Shown here: one piece after another, positions 10,728 to 22,019 of the stretch
Position numbering within the stretch: the first letter of the stretch is position 1
Layout: each line of letters begins with the position of its first letter
DNA from: Octopus sinensis
Lineage: Eukaryota
Assembly: GCF_006345805.1 (NCBI RefSeq)
Contig: NW_021834844.1
Coordinates: forward strand, 1-44,942
DNA: 44,942 nt
Direction of reading: 5' to 3'
Notes under the pieces: generated by a model
The model's database searches: none
Told to the model about the DNA's origin: nothing
The model's input: the letters and a program-made list of their open reading frames with translations, nothing else
Made by a program: the position numbers and the translations under genes

Positions 10728-11250
10728 TGAATGCCCTGATGCAGTACCAGACAGTGGCTCTCGTGGCTTCTGATCTTAACTGATTGGAAGTGTTATCATG
10801 TACATTGTTTTGTCTTGGTATAAAAGATGGGCTACAGCAAATATTCTGCTCAATACCACAGATTTGCTTGTCAGTTGTTTGACCTTAACCAGTTGAGCAT
10901 GTACTTTAGTGGTTGACGATATGTGCATCTCTTAACATGAGCAGTTGTGGAGGAGCATCATAGCCATGTGTTGAAAGGAATTGTTACAGGTTTGGATAAT
11001 TCACCTCTGGAAACATGGGCGGTGCGTTCAACATCCTTAAACAATACTCGACCAAACGAAAATTCTAACTGGGCCCCACCTGCAAGGTCATGTGCTGTCT
11101 ATCATGATATGATATCACCATGTCGCGCACATATGGTTGTGATGCATGTGCCTAGTGTACCGTTATCAGACGGGTAGTCATGATGGGTATATTGGGCTTC
11201 GTATATTTTACCCCAGTGTCACTTTGATGGCATGCACTGCTCTCTCACGC
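10728..11250. mobile_element. Unclassified ~520-bp complex sequence bounded by (TAA)n on both sides; probable interspersed repeat
   Basis: Sharp boundaries with (ATA)n and no ORF. I recall similar text as an octopus repeat but cannot verify this. Confidence 0.45.
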
Positions 11251-11363
11251 AATAATAATAATAATAATAATAATGATAATAATAATAATAATAATCACAA
11301 TAATAATAATCACAATAATAATAATAATAATAATAATAAGAATAAGAAGAAGAAGAAGAAGAA

Positions 11364-11420
<57 letters not shown>

Positions 11421-11439
11421 GAAAGAAAAAGAAAAGTTT

Positions 11440-11720
11440 GATTGAGATCACTAAGATAGAGTCCTCGGAGTATTACGTTCAATACCATGCAATCTGAAAG
11501 ATAACATCTGAGATCTTTAGAAATACCCTAAAATCTAGGCGTATTGCAAAACTCGTCATTACTCTAGAACTGCAAGCATATTGCGTAAAGTACTGTCTGT
11601 CTGAGGTCCTTGTTGTGACTCGACAAACGTTACAAACCACTCCCCCAGTAGACACACTATCTTCAATCAACAACCTCACGATGCGCTGTACACTGTGCGA
11701 CGTCTATACTACTACTACTA
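11440..11720 (+). mobile_element. Decayed 3' end of R4/Dong-like (RLE) non-LTR retrotransposon
   Basis: VLGVLRSIPCNLKDNI..LQNSSLL/RTASILRKVLSV* (stop 11602-11604) resembles the RLE C-terminus GALGTIP..LQK..LLGTARILRKVL; (TAC)n/(TAA)n tail. Confidence 0.65.
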
Positions 11721-11741
11721 CTAAAAATAATAATAATAATG

Positions 11742-11800
<59 letters not shown>

Positions 11801-11833
11801 AACAATAATATTAATAATAATATAATAATGATA

Positions 11834-11868
<35 letters not shown>

Positions 11869-11918
11869 AACAATAATATTAATAATAATATATAATGATA
11901 TAATAATAATAATAATAA

Positions 11919-11972
<54 letters not shown>

Positions 11973-12028
11973 CATAATAATAATAATAATATAATAATAA
12001 TAATAATAATAATATAATAAAATAATAA

Positions 12029-12340
12029 GGGGCTGATTGCTACCTAACTCAGATACCAGGAAACCCAAAAATGGCAGAAATTCAAAAGATAGTGCTCATG
12101 GGAACTGCTCATATCCTACGCAAAATACTTTCTATGTAATCTCAGGGTTTAAAACAAATATAATTTTCGTTTTTTGGGGCGGACATTCACTAGTACAACA
12201 CCAAAAACTCTTCCCCCAAAAAAAAATATATGGCACACTAGGCATAACAACAACATGAACTTCCAACCCTGTTGTCTCTTGAGGTCTCTGGGTGAGACTT
12301 GGAGCCAACTTGTACAAATATAAAGCAAAAGTCAAACATA

Positions 12341-12341
<1 letters not shown>
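12029..12341 (+). mobile_element. 5'-truncated R4/Dong-like (RLE) retrotransposon 3' end inside (TAA)n
   Basis: YLTQIPGNPKMAEIQKIVLMGTAHILRKILSM* (stop 12137-12139), ~200-nt 3' UTR, (TAA)n on both sides. Confidence 0.8.
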
Positions 12342-12401
<60 letters not shown>

Positions 12402-13229
12402 CTGTTGAGCATATCTCGAACACCTGTCTACCTATGTAATTAATAATCCAATGATTTATTTATTTCTGTGTCGTTTTCGCTTCATCGTTCTTTCTCTCTC
12501 CATCTTTCTCTCTCTCTCTCCCTGTCTATCTATCTATCAATCTAACTACCTACCTACCTACCTACCTATGTATCTGTTTATATGTATCTCCGCCTGGCTA
12601 CTTATTTCCGTGACCATCACTCTGACAATCCCTCTATCTTCCTGTCTCTATATTTGTCCGTCTGTTTGTCTCAGCCGAAATTTCTATTTACCTGTACTTT
12701 TTTTATTTGGCTCTGTCTCCCCTCCTCCTTTTCCTCCTCTCCCTCTCCTCCTCCCCCTCCTCTCCCTCTCCTTCTCCTCCTTCTTATCTCCCTCCTTCCC
12801 CTCCTCTCCCCCTCCCCTCTCTTCTCTCCCCCTCTCACTCTCCCCACAACCCCCACTCTACCCCAACCCCCAGCCGAATCCACACTCCACCTGGGCTTTC
12901 CCCACTCTCGCCCCCCTATCACACCACACTACACTACACCATACAACATTACGCATCACATCACAACACACCGCCCACAGACCCGTCCCCACATATTTAC
13001 ACCTACACATACATACACATATCACATCACAACACACCACCCACACACCCATACCCACATCTCCACACCCACACATATATACACACATACGTCCAGACCA
13101 CCAGCCCTCTTTCACACGCACATACATACTCCCTTATACACACACGCACCTTTGTGTTGGGGGCACCTTCGTTTTGGAAGTCACTTGACCCTGTTATATC
13201 CCCTATTGTCCTTCTCACGTCTGACCACT

Positions 13230-13455
13230 GTCCGAAGTCAGGACGCCATGATAGATCGTTAGCTCCTACACGCATTTTCCTCTCTCTTTGTTTCTCTCCT
13301 TGCCTTTTTTTCTGTGTATCTTTCTGTCGAAGAGCGTAGGCTCGAAACGTAAGAGACTTTTTCTATTTCTATTCCTGAGCGCTATACTAATACATTTGTT
13401 TGTTTGTACTCCCCCTGCCTTCGTCTTTTGTTTATTTTCGTAAACCTTCCCGTTG
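13230..13455 (+). mobile_element. Penelope-like pLTR fragment with hammerhead-like motif at 13319-13356
   Basis: TCTTT-CTGTCGA-A-GAG-cgtagg-CTC-GAA-ACGT-A-AGAGA; ends in (TA)n; homologous to 18755-19035. Confidence 0.7.
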
Positions 13456-13456
13456 A

Positions 13457-13493
<37 letters not shown>

Positions 13494-13750
13494 ATATATA
13501 AGTGATAATGGTGTCATTGAGACCCATAAGGTGTCAGGTAATGCTGAATAAGTGCTATAGACAGACCATAGTTAAGTTCCAGATTCGGTAATATTGCGAA
13601 TAAAGGTTCAACGTTGGTTCTATGTCAGCGTGTGTATATAAGAATTTTTTACGTAATAAGATGAAAAAAAGCAAGGCTGTATAGATATTAGAGCATTTAT
13701 AGACGCTCTATTTCTATACACCCTTGATTTTTTATATCACTCAAAAAATT

Positions 13751-13797
<47 letters not shown>

Positions 13798-13807
13798 GAG
13801 AGAGAGA

Positions 13808-13836
13808 GACGGAAACTGAAAGAAGCCCGACGTATC

Positions 13837-13882
<46 letters not shown>

Positions 13883-14110
13883 CCTGTGTGTTGTGTGTGT
13901 GTGTGTGTGTGTTTTGTGTGTCTGTGTTTGTCCCCCTTGACAACCGATGCTGGTGTGTTTTATATGTCCCCGTCACTTAGCGGTTCGGCAAAAGAGACCG
14001 ATAGAATAAGTACTGGGCTTACAAAGAATAAGTCCGGGGTCGAGTTGCTCGATTAAAGGCGGTGCTCCAGCATGGCCGAAGTCAAATGACTGAAACAAGT
14101 AAAAGAGTAA

Positions 14111-14112
<2 letters not shown>
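13808..14112 (+). mobile_element. SINE family A, 5'-truncated
   Basis: GACGGAAACTGAAAGAAGCCC..GACTGAAACAAGTAAAAGAGTAA matches the 3' two-thirds of the 3228 element. Confidence 0.88.
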
Positions 14113-14150
<38 letters not shown>

Positions 14151-14660
14151 TATATATTATATATATATACTTGTCTCTGTCTTTCTGTCTGTCTGTCCAG
14201 TCTCTCTTTCTCTCTCTCTCTCTCTATGTATACACACAAACACACTCACACACATTCATATGCCTGTCTGTCTTTCTATTTTGGATGCCTACTTATCTAT
14301 TGTTTTCCAAGAGGACTTCTTGCCAAATAGTTTATTCCCGGAACAATCGCTCATATATTATTCATATATATTTAAAACGGAACTTCTTAAGTGGGAGCTA
14401 CATATCTAAGTACCTGTTTCAATGTCCACTGTTATTGTGACGTATATTTTCAACGATGCAGATGTCTTGCTTTGACAAATGCAAGTTGATGGTTGCAAGG
14501 AAAATTCCGGCAAACAGGGGTAGGCAGAGTGAGGAGCGAAGGTTGGAGGGTGGAGAAAAAACAAATTTATATATTTCTCTTTCTTTTACTTTCTTTTTCT
14601 GTTTGACTGTCTGTCTATCTCTCTCCCTCTATATATCTGTCTATCTATCCATCTATCTCT

Positions 14661-14707
<47 letters not shown>

Positions 14708-14990
14708 TATCTATCTATCTGTCTGTCTATCTATGTATCTATCTATCTATCTATCAATCGATCTATCTATCTATCTATCCATCTATCTATCTATCTATCC
14801 ATCTATCTATCTATCTTTCTATGTACGTATGAATGTATCTATCTATCTATCTATCTATCTATCTCTATGCTTACATACTATGTATGTATGTATGTATCTA
14901 TCTATCTGTCTGTCTGTCTGTCTTTCTGTCTATCTATCTTCTAAGAATTTATATATCTGTCTCTTTCGTTCTCTGTATCCCTGTCCCACC

Positions 14991-15047
<57 letters not shown>

Positions 15048-15212
15048 TTGTTTACCTATCTAATTATCTAACAATTTATCTGCCCCTCACTTTCTGTGTC
15101 TCTGCCTACTTCTTGCCTGCTTCTCGGTCTTTCTGTCTATACATGGCTCTATACGTCTTGAGGGAGGGTCTAAGCAAAGCAGTGTGTCTTAATAAGTACT
15201 CAGTTTTCCCCC

Positions 15213-15562
15213 TTCAGCTTCTCTCAATCTCGCTCACAACATCATAAGCGGGAAGTGTAACCTCTCGAAAGAGCTGTTCTTCCCTCCTGCTCCAGAGCGT
15301 AGGCTGCGGGGTCACTCCGAAAAGCTCTATCTGCGACGATTTCATCTCAATCGAAGGAGAGGGGCTTTCTCCGTCCGGGTTGCGGATCCCTGGAATAAGC
15401 TGCCGGACGAGATAGTGAAGATGCCGACGACCGCTCGGTTCAAAGTCTCCCTTGACCAGAAATGGCCTGAACTCTTTGCATGAACACTCTCCCTGTACAT
15501 AACTCCATGTCTCCCTACATGGCCTTGCTTTTTGCTTTTTGAGCCAAAAAATTAACTTAACT
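15213..15562 (+). mobile_element. 3' end of CR1-group LINE
   Basis: RLRGHSEKLYLRRFHLNRRRGAFSVRVADPWNKLPDEIVKMPTTARFKVSLDQKWPELFA* (stop 15481-15483) is a typical CR1 ORF2 C-terminus; (TTAAC)n tail. Confidence 0.88.
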
Positions 15563-15899
15563 CTCATGCCTCATCCTTCTTATGTTTGATGACAACTGCG
15601 GCTAGTATAGGTAGGGGACGCCGCCAGTGGCAGGGTTGCGCCAGGCCTGCGCCAGTCGCCCGGAGCTCCGCCGCGCTACCGAGCCCGATCTAGTAAGAAC
15701 GAATCGAAGCTCGCGGTATCGCCCACGTACACGTGGACGTAGCCGCGACCGATCCCGTCAGTCGCCGGGAGTCTGTGGCGATATGCACCGGGTAAATACA
15801 ACGACGTGGTCCGACCCGTAAGTTAACGGAAACAGCTGCAAAATCTGAAATCAAGTTAGTTTGATGCAGGGCTGATGTGTGTTGTCTTTCTTTCAGTTG

Positions 15900-16130
15900 T
15901 GTTTTTCTTTGAGGATCAGTATTTTATTTATTTCTCGAGCTGTTGGACTCTTTTATCCACTGAGGTTTTCCTTGCTGTTCTGTCTTTGTCTCGATGTCGA
16001 ACGTGTTCAGGCTGCTCTTACTTATGTCCTTCAATCTCAGCTTCAGTCGACCTCTGAATCTCCTCCTGTGAGCCAGCTTATAAAGCTACTAATTAAGATG
16101 TTTTTCTCATCCATGTACGTCACGCCATAT
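15900..16130 (-). mobile_element. Possible RTE-clade LINE 3' fragment
   Basis: Minus frame GGRFRGRLKLRLKDISKSSLNTFDIET resembles the RTE C-terminal GRP.LR.KD..K..L motif. Confidence 0.45.
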
Positions 16131-16274
16131 CATTCTCCTTTTGTACAGAATTATTGTCATACTCGGAATTGTTGCTTATTTTATTTTATTTTATTTTTAT
16201 TTTATCTAAGTTTCAGCTCACGAGCTGTGGCCATGCTGGGGCACCGCCATTTGGTGTTGCTACATGATTTTACT

Positions 16275-16815
16275 TCACGAATGCTTTTTAGCAATTGCCA
16301 TTTGGTGCATGAGAGAGTTCGATGCAGCTGCCCTCATCTGCACCTCCTGCCGTGAAGTTGGTTCATCTAGGATACCTGACAGGAAGAGATCCAGTTTTAT
16401 TTTAAAGACATCTGCGCCCACCCCATGCAGGTCTCTCAGGTTCTTCGGGAGGATATTGAAGAGCTGTGGGCCTCGGAAGCCCCAGGCTATCATAGTATCT
16501 TGTCCTACATCTTGATGGCAAATTTGGAGTCCTTAGCACTATGCAGTGGCGCCCAGTTCTAGCATTTGTGAAACTCTCGATTCCAAAGTTTGGGAGAAGT
16601 CCTTCTAGGATCTTCCAGATGTATATTATAGCATATCTTTGTCGCCTACGCTCTAAGGAAAGGAGTCTTAATCACTTGAGTCTTTCCCAGTCGCTAATAT
16701 GCTGCACAGAGGCTATCTTCTTCGTGTAGCTTCGTTGGATCGCCTCAAGTTCTGTGATTAATTTAACACTGGATGGTGACGATAGCTGAGAGCAATAGCA
16801 ATAGCTTATCTCAAA
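16275..16815 (-). mobile_element. Decayed 3' fragment of a second CR1/L2-group LINE
   Basis: YCSQLSSP..ELEAIQRSYTKKI..WERLK*LRLLSLERRRQRY..FRGPQLFNILP..FKIKLDLFL..DEP..RAAASNSL; contains stops. Confidence 0.82.
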
Positions 16816-17110
16816 ACTTTTGTATTGGTTACTTTTTCTTGCCAGGTGATACCAGGAATCTTGTGCAAGCACCTCGGGTGGATGACTTCGAACTTCTATT
16901 CTGTGCATTGTGTGCGGGTCTCTTATTCATAAATCCTGATTTTAGTTTTTGAATGTGACCATCATAGTCGTGGGAGTGGCTGTGTGGTAAGTAGCTTGCT
17001 TGCGAACCACATGGTTGAATATTCCGAAAAATATTTTTGTAATGGTGATCACTTAATAGCGATTTTAAAAACATTCAAATATTCTGTTTAAAGAAAGCTA
17101 AAATATAAAT

Positions 17111-17498
17111 GGATGGAAGCACTCCGTCGGTTACGACGACGAGGGTTCCGGTTGATCCGAATCAACGGAACAGCCTGCTCGTGAAAGTAACGTGTAAGTG
17201 GCTGAGCACTCCACAGACACGTGTACCCTTAACGTAGTTCTCTGGGATATTCAGCGTGACACAGAGAGTGACAAGGCCGGCCCCTTGAAATACAGGTACA
17301 ACAGAAACAGGAAGTAAGAGTGAGAGAAAGTTGTGGTGAAAGAGTACAGCAGGGATCACCACCATCCCCTGCCGGAGCCTCGTGGAGCTTTTAGGTGTTT
17401 TCGCTCAATAAACACTCACAACGCCCGGTCTGGGAATCGAAACCGCGATCCTATGACCGCAAGTCCGCTGCCCTAACCACTGGGCCATTGCGCCTCCA
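17111..17498 (-). mobile_element. SINE family C with 13-bp TSD
   Basis: CTAAAATATAAAT at 17098-17110 and 17499-17511. Confidence 0.92.
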
Positions 17499-17517
17499 CT
17501 AAAATATAAATACTTAC

Positions 17518-17617
17518 CGTACAAACAGCTTGAATTTTTGAAATATTGTGTTTAACAAAATCGAAAATAGAAACACACTGTATAAACGCATATTTTTTCG
17601 TTGTCAAGTCACTGTGC
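17518..17617 (-). pseudogene. Orphan exon-like segment paralogous to the adhesion-GPCR TM2 exon
   Basis: ttctattag acceptor, gtaagt donor, 100 nt (phase 2 to 0, as for the TM2 exon), open frame HSDLTTKKYAFIQCVSIFDFVKHNISKIQAVCT. The 3' end CAAAAATTCAAGCTGTTTGTACG|GTAAGT aligns with CAAAA-TAACAGCTGTTTGTAAG|GTAAGT. Confidence 0.4.
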
Positions 17618-18754
17618 CTAATAGAAAGATAAGAGTTTCTTCCCTTTCAGATTATTTTCGGAATATTTTTCCACTATGAACCGTTTTGGGTATTTGTACC
17701 CCAAAACCTTTAATTTCTCTAAAGTTACATACATGTCTGATTTACGCGAAGCTTATTTTCTACCGTTTGTCTTGACAATTGACAGTAAACTTAATTCATA
17801 GTATTTTCCCATTATGTACCAGTTTGGCTGGGTAACATTGCAAGCATGCAAACAAAATTCAAACTGATTTTAATGTATTATATATATATACAGGTGTGTG
17901 TGTGTGCGTGTGTGTGTGTGTGTCTGTGTGTGTGTGTACGTGGGTGGCTTGTGTATGTCCCCCGACCAGACTTTCACAATCGGTGTTGTTATGTTCACGA
18001 CCAAGTAAATTAGCGGTTCAGGAAAATAAATCGATAGAATAAGTACCAGGCTAATTTTCTTCTGCCGTCGATTCGTTTGACGAAATTCCCTCCATGCATG
18101 CTCCAGCATGTCAGTAGTTGCGATAAAAGATAATGATAACAATGTACGAAATATCTTGGCTATTCCAAAGACATAAATATTTTAAGACTGATTTTTATTA
18201 TATCTAATTTTATTAATATTATTACTATTATTATTATTATTATATTATTATTATTATTATTATATTATTATTATTATTATTATTAATATTATTATTATTA
18301 TATTATTATTATATTATTATTATTATTATTATTATTATTTTATTATAGATTAAGCTGAATTTCCATAAAGTATAAGTAACATACGACTTTATTCAGAAGA
18401 ATTTAAATATTACATTGAAAAAGAAGTCAATAGTGAAATTACAATTAGAAAATATGGAAAGATTTTAATTGCGGGAAGATTTTCAGATCTTTGCCTTTCG
18501 GCCACTCGTCAGGTACGTAGCCTGGTTTAAAATTACATTATAGAGTCTCTTAGTTGCGCAGCGTTGTATCAATAGGCAAAAATAACGCTACGTTATGTAA
18601 ATGTATGTTTGATGCAATATAAGAAGAAAATTTAGTCTTTTGAAGGAAAACATAATACAAGGTGACTCTTGAATATACACGCACACACAAATATACACAC
18701 GCACACATATGCCTACACACATACACGAGCATATATATATATATATATATGCGT

Positions 18755-19035
18755 CTCACGTTTGATCTTTGACTTCTGGTCGGAATCAGATCGCCATGTT
18801 GATTCGCTAGCTTCTGCACGCATTTTTTTTCTCTCCTTGTTTCTCTCCGTGTTTCTTTTCTGTGTATCTTTCTGTTGAAGAGCGTAGGCTCGAAACGTAA
18901 AAGACTTGTTTTATTTATATTCCTGAGCGCCATACTAATACAATTGTTTGTTTGTATTCCACCTGCCTTCGTCTTTTGTTTATTTCCGTAAACCTGCCTT
19001 CGTCTTTTGTTTATTTTCATAAAGCTTCCCGTTAT
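18755..19035 (+). mobile_element. Penelope-like pLTR fragment with hammerhead-like motif at 18867-18904
   Basis: TCTTT-CTGTTGA-A-GAG-cgtagg-CTC-GAA-ACGT-A-AAAGA (perfect 5-bp stem I); (TA)n on both sides. Confidence 0.72.
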
Positions 19036-19554
19036 ATATATATATATGTAGTGACGGCACTTTCTGTTGCTTCTTGCCGTTCTCAAAAAATAGCGTTCGA
19101 AAAAATTTTATCTCGTTCTTGTTTGTGTTACTGTTATTCTCCTTGTCCTGTCTTTTTTTACTGTTTATATTTTGTACTGTCGTTACTGTCCTGTTTTTGT
19201 TACCATTTTTACCCCTCCGCAAAAAAATCTCAAATTTTATTTAATTTGATTTTCGCGGGAAGGATTGTTTCATTAAAGTCATGTATCGCCTTGACCTTCG
19301 AAAGGAGGAGTAGATGAAACAAAGGCGACTAAAAAAGGGGAATTTTCCTTGTTTTGTATGTCCTGTACTCTATTTTTTCGTTGTTTTAGAAAAATGTCCA
19401 TTTCCTTGGTTTTGTGTTTATGTTTTCGTTTCTCATTGTGTTCGAAGTTTTTTTGGTGTCCTGTACCCATATATGCATGTATATATACATGTAGAGGTAA
19501 GTACGTACATATATGTATGTATATATGCATATGTTTATTCATTTATTAATTTAT

Positions 19555-19608
<54 letters not shown>

Positions 19609-19756
19609 ATATATACATACATAAAGCCAAAAATAGTAAATATGAAATTTGCCGCTAGAATATATTACGGAGTTTAATTGTAATATAAGAACATTTAGTT
19701 TTTTGATGTAAAATATAATCAGAGAATACTCTTGGACACATTTTCTTGATTTTCCT

Positions 19757-19808
19757 TCATAAGTTCGTTTCTGCTACCATACGTCTTATTTCATGCTCGG
19801 AATTTGAA
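19757..19808 (-). CDS. Candidate terminal exon of the adhesion GPCR (..SNSEHEIRRMVAETNL*)
   Basis: Acceptor ttttctcattatgtttccag; ends in a class I PDZ-ligand-like ETNL*. It needs phase 2, but the strong upstream donor at 20286 is phase 1. Confidence 0.35.
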
Positions 19809-19921
19809 CTGGAAACATAATGAGAAAACTATATTAAATATCAAGTTTTAAACTCAATAATTCCTCTCTCTCACACACACACACATATATATAATATATG
19901 TATATATATGTATATATAATG

Positions 19922-19968
<47 letters not shown>

Positions 19969-20040
19969 CATACATACATACTACATACACAATACATACA
20001 TACATATATACACAATAGATAGATAGAGATAGATAGATAG

Positions 20041-20078
<38 letters not shown>

Positions 20079-20286
20079 CACGCGCACACACACACACACC
20101 ACACGGAATACATACTTGCGATGATGATGATGATGACAGTGAAGTTGATATGTATGATGATGTCTATCCTAAGAGTGGCGATGTACATAGCGATGGTGTT
20201 GGTGTAAGTGTTGTTAGTGACTATCCCCATTATGACAATATCGTTTTTGTTGGTGGCAAGAATAAGAGAGACCAAATTACACTTAC

Positions 20287-20678
20287 TTTTCATATTCTTC
20301 CGAATTTCCCTCGGCGCCCGTGGTTTTCGTTTACATACATACGGGCAGATGATATCCCTGGTATCTTTTTTGTATATGCAGTAGCATATGAAGATAAACA
20401 TTCCTTGAAGGGTATTGAAGATAGCAAAAAGATACTTAAACACTTCTGCTACTTCACCAAAAGCGAACAATGCTAAACTCCAGGGCAATCCAAGCAGGAA
20501 ACACAATCCAACGATACCAAAAACACGTACTTTGTGTGTTTTGTGTTCAACTTGTTCGTCGTTTTGCATTGCTTTCAGTCGCCGCATAACAGAAGAAAAT
20601 ACGATAAGGTTGAAGAGGAGAATGATCACCACAGGAGCCAGGAAAGCACCGTAGAACGATGCGCTGGATAACCAACAA
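20287..20678 (-). CDS. Adhesion GPCR exon: ECL2-TM5-TM6-TM7 and start of C-tail
   Basis: ctttgtag acceptor, gtaagt donor; CWLSSASFYGAFLAPVVIILLFN..LLGLPWSLALF..YLFAIFNTLQGMFIFICYC, family B2 7TM motifs. Confidence 0.95.
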
Positions 20679-20941
20679 CTACAAAGAAATATAAAATCAA
20701 TCGTTAAACTCTGTGTTTAGTAGAATTATGGGTCGAATATTTTCAATAACGCATCCCATCCTTATCGGAATTACTACTCTCCAGTTTACAAACCTGAGAA
20801 TTCTCCCCTTCTGACGCCAATTGGATTAGAAAGGTGCGAGAACATCGGCGAACAAGCTTGAAATATCTACATGAACCTCATTGGGTCGTCTAGCCAAAAT
20901 AGGTGATTTACGTCCCGTGTAGTCGCTCAAGTCGCTGTGTT

Positions 20942-21535
20942 TGGCCCCTTGTGAGTAGTTAAGAGATAGGTATTTCGTCTGAGTTCAAATTCCGCCGAGG
21001 TCGACTTTGCCTTTCATCCTTTCGGGGTCGATTAAAAAAGTAACAGTTACGCACTCTAGTCGATATATAATGTGTGTACCGTTGGCGATTTTTTTTCCTC
21101 TGTCTTCCCTTCTCTGGATCTTTCCTTCTCCTATGTTTCCGACAAAGAGCTCCGCTCGAAACGTTAAACCCTCCTTCTTTCCTTCTTTCCTGAGCGTCCA
21201 ATAATACTATATTTGTTCCACGTCCTCGCGTTGTTGTGTTTTTTCGTGCTTTCTTGTTTGGATTAACTTTATAATCGACTTAATCCGTTTGTCTGTTCTC
21301 GTTTGTCCTCTCTGTGTTTAGCCCCTTGTGGGTAGTAAAGAAATAGAAATAGGTATTTCGTCTGCCGCTACGTTCTGAGTTCAAATTCCGCCGAGGTCGA
21401 CTTTGCCTTTCATCCTTTCGGGGTCGATAAATTAAGTACCAATTATGCACTGGGGTCGATGTAATCGACTTAATCCCTTTGTCTGTCCTTGTTTGCCCCC
21501 GCTATGTTTAGCCCCTTGTGGGCAATAAAGAAATA
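20942..21535 (+). mobile_element. Tandem family-B SINE units interrupted by a Penelope pLTR fragment (21066-21272)
   Basis: SINE text GTCGATATAATCGACTT is split around the insert. The insert carries GTTT-CCGACAA-AGAGctccgCTC-GAAACGTT-AAAC (21135-21169). Confidence 0.8.
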
Positions 21536-21943
21536 CGAAACTTCTCGAACGTTATGGTATAATTCAAGAGTTCTAATATTAGCATAAAAAAAACAACTTA
21601 ATAGCTTAATAGTACAATAGGTTCTATATTATTTAATTATTAATTTGAAAAAAATATACGTTGATTAGTTTATTTGTGTACGTTACATTCATCCAGATTT
21701 TTAAAGTTATGTATCAATAGATATTTATTCTTATTGAATTGAACGGAGGGACGGATGAGATCACAGATATTTAGAAAACGAAAGGAAATATTATCAGTGT
21801 ATGACTACCAAGAATCTATGACATGGCTTTATCCTGGCGGTGGTTTCTTCATTATTCTACAATATTCAACGCGTAAATAAGACTAGCAATCTTGATTGTG
21901 AAAATCACAGAATATTAGGGCAATAAAACACATACATACTTAC

Positions 21944-22019
21944 ATTTCTGATTCAATTCTAATGTAATTGTCTGTGTTGTTAATTGCCAGAGTAGTTACG
22001 ACAATGACAGCTGGAATAC
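21944..22019 (-). CDS. Adhesion GPCR exon: TM4-ECL2
   Basis: gttgacag/gtaagt, 76 nt, phase 1 to 2; (G)IPAVIVVTTLAINNTDNYIRIESE(I) joins in frame with both neighbours. Confidence 0.93.

Noticed and set aside
10426-15071. Poly-I/M/V/N/Y and LSIY/HT-repeat ORFs
   Set aside because: Translations of tri-, tetra- and dinucleotide microsatellites lacking stops; no protein signal.
19871-20286. Long C-terminal extension of the 253-aa ORF
   Set aside because: It runs past a consensus GTAAGT donor into low-complexity and microsatellite sequence; treated as intron read-through.
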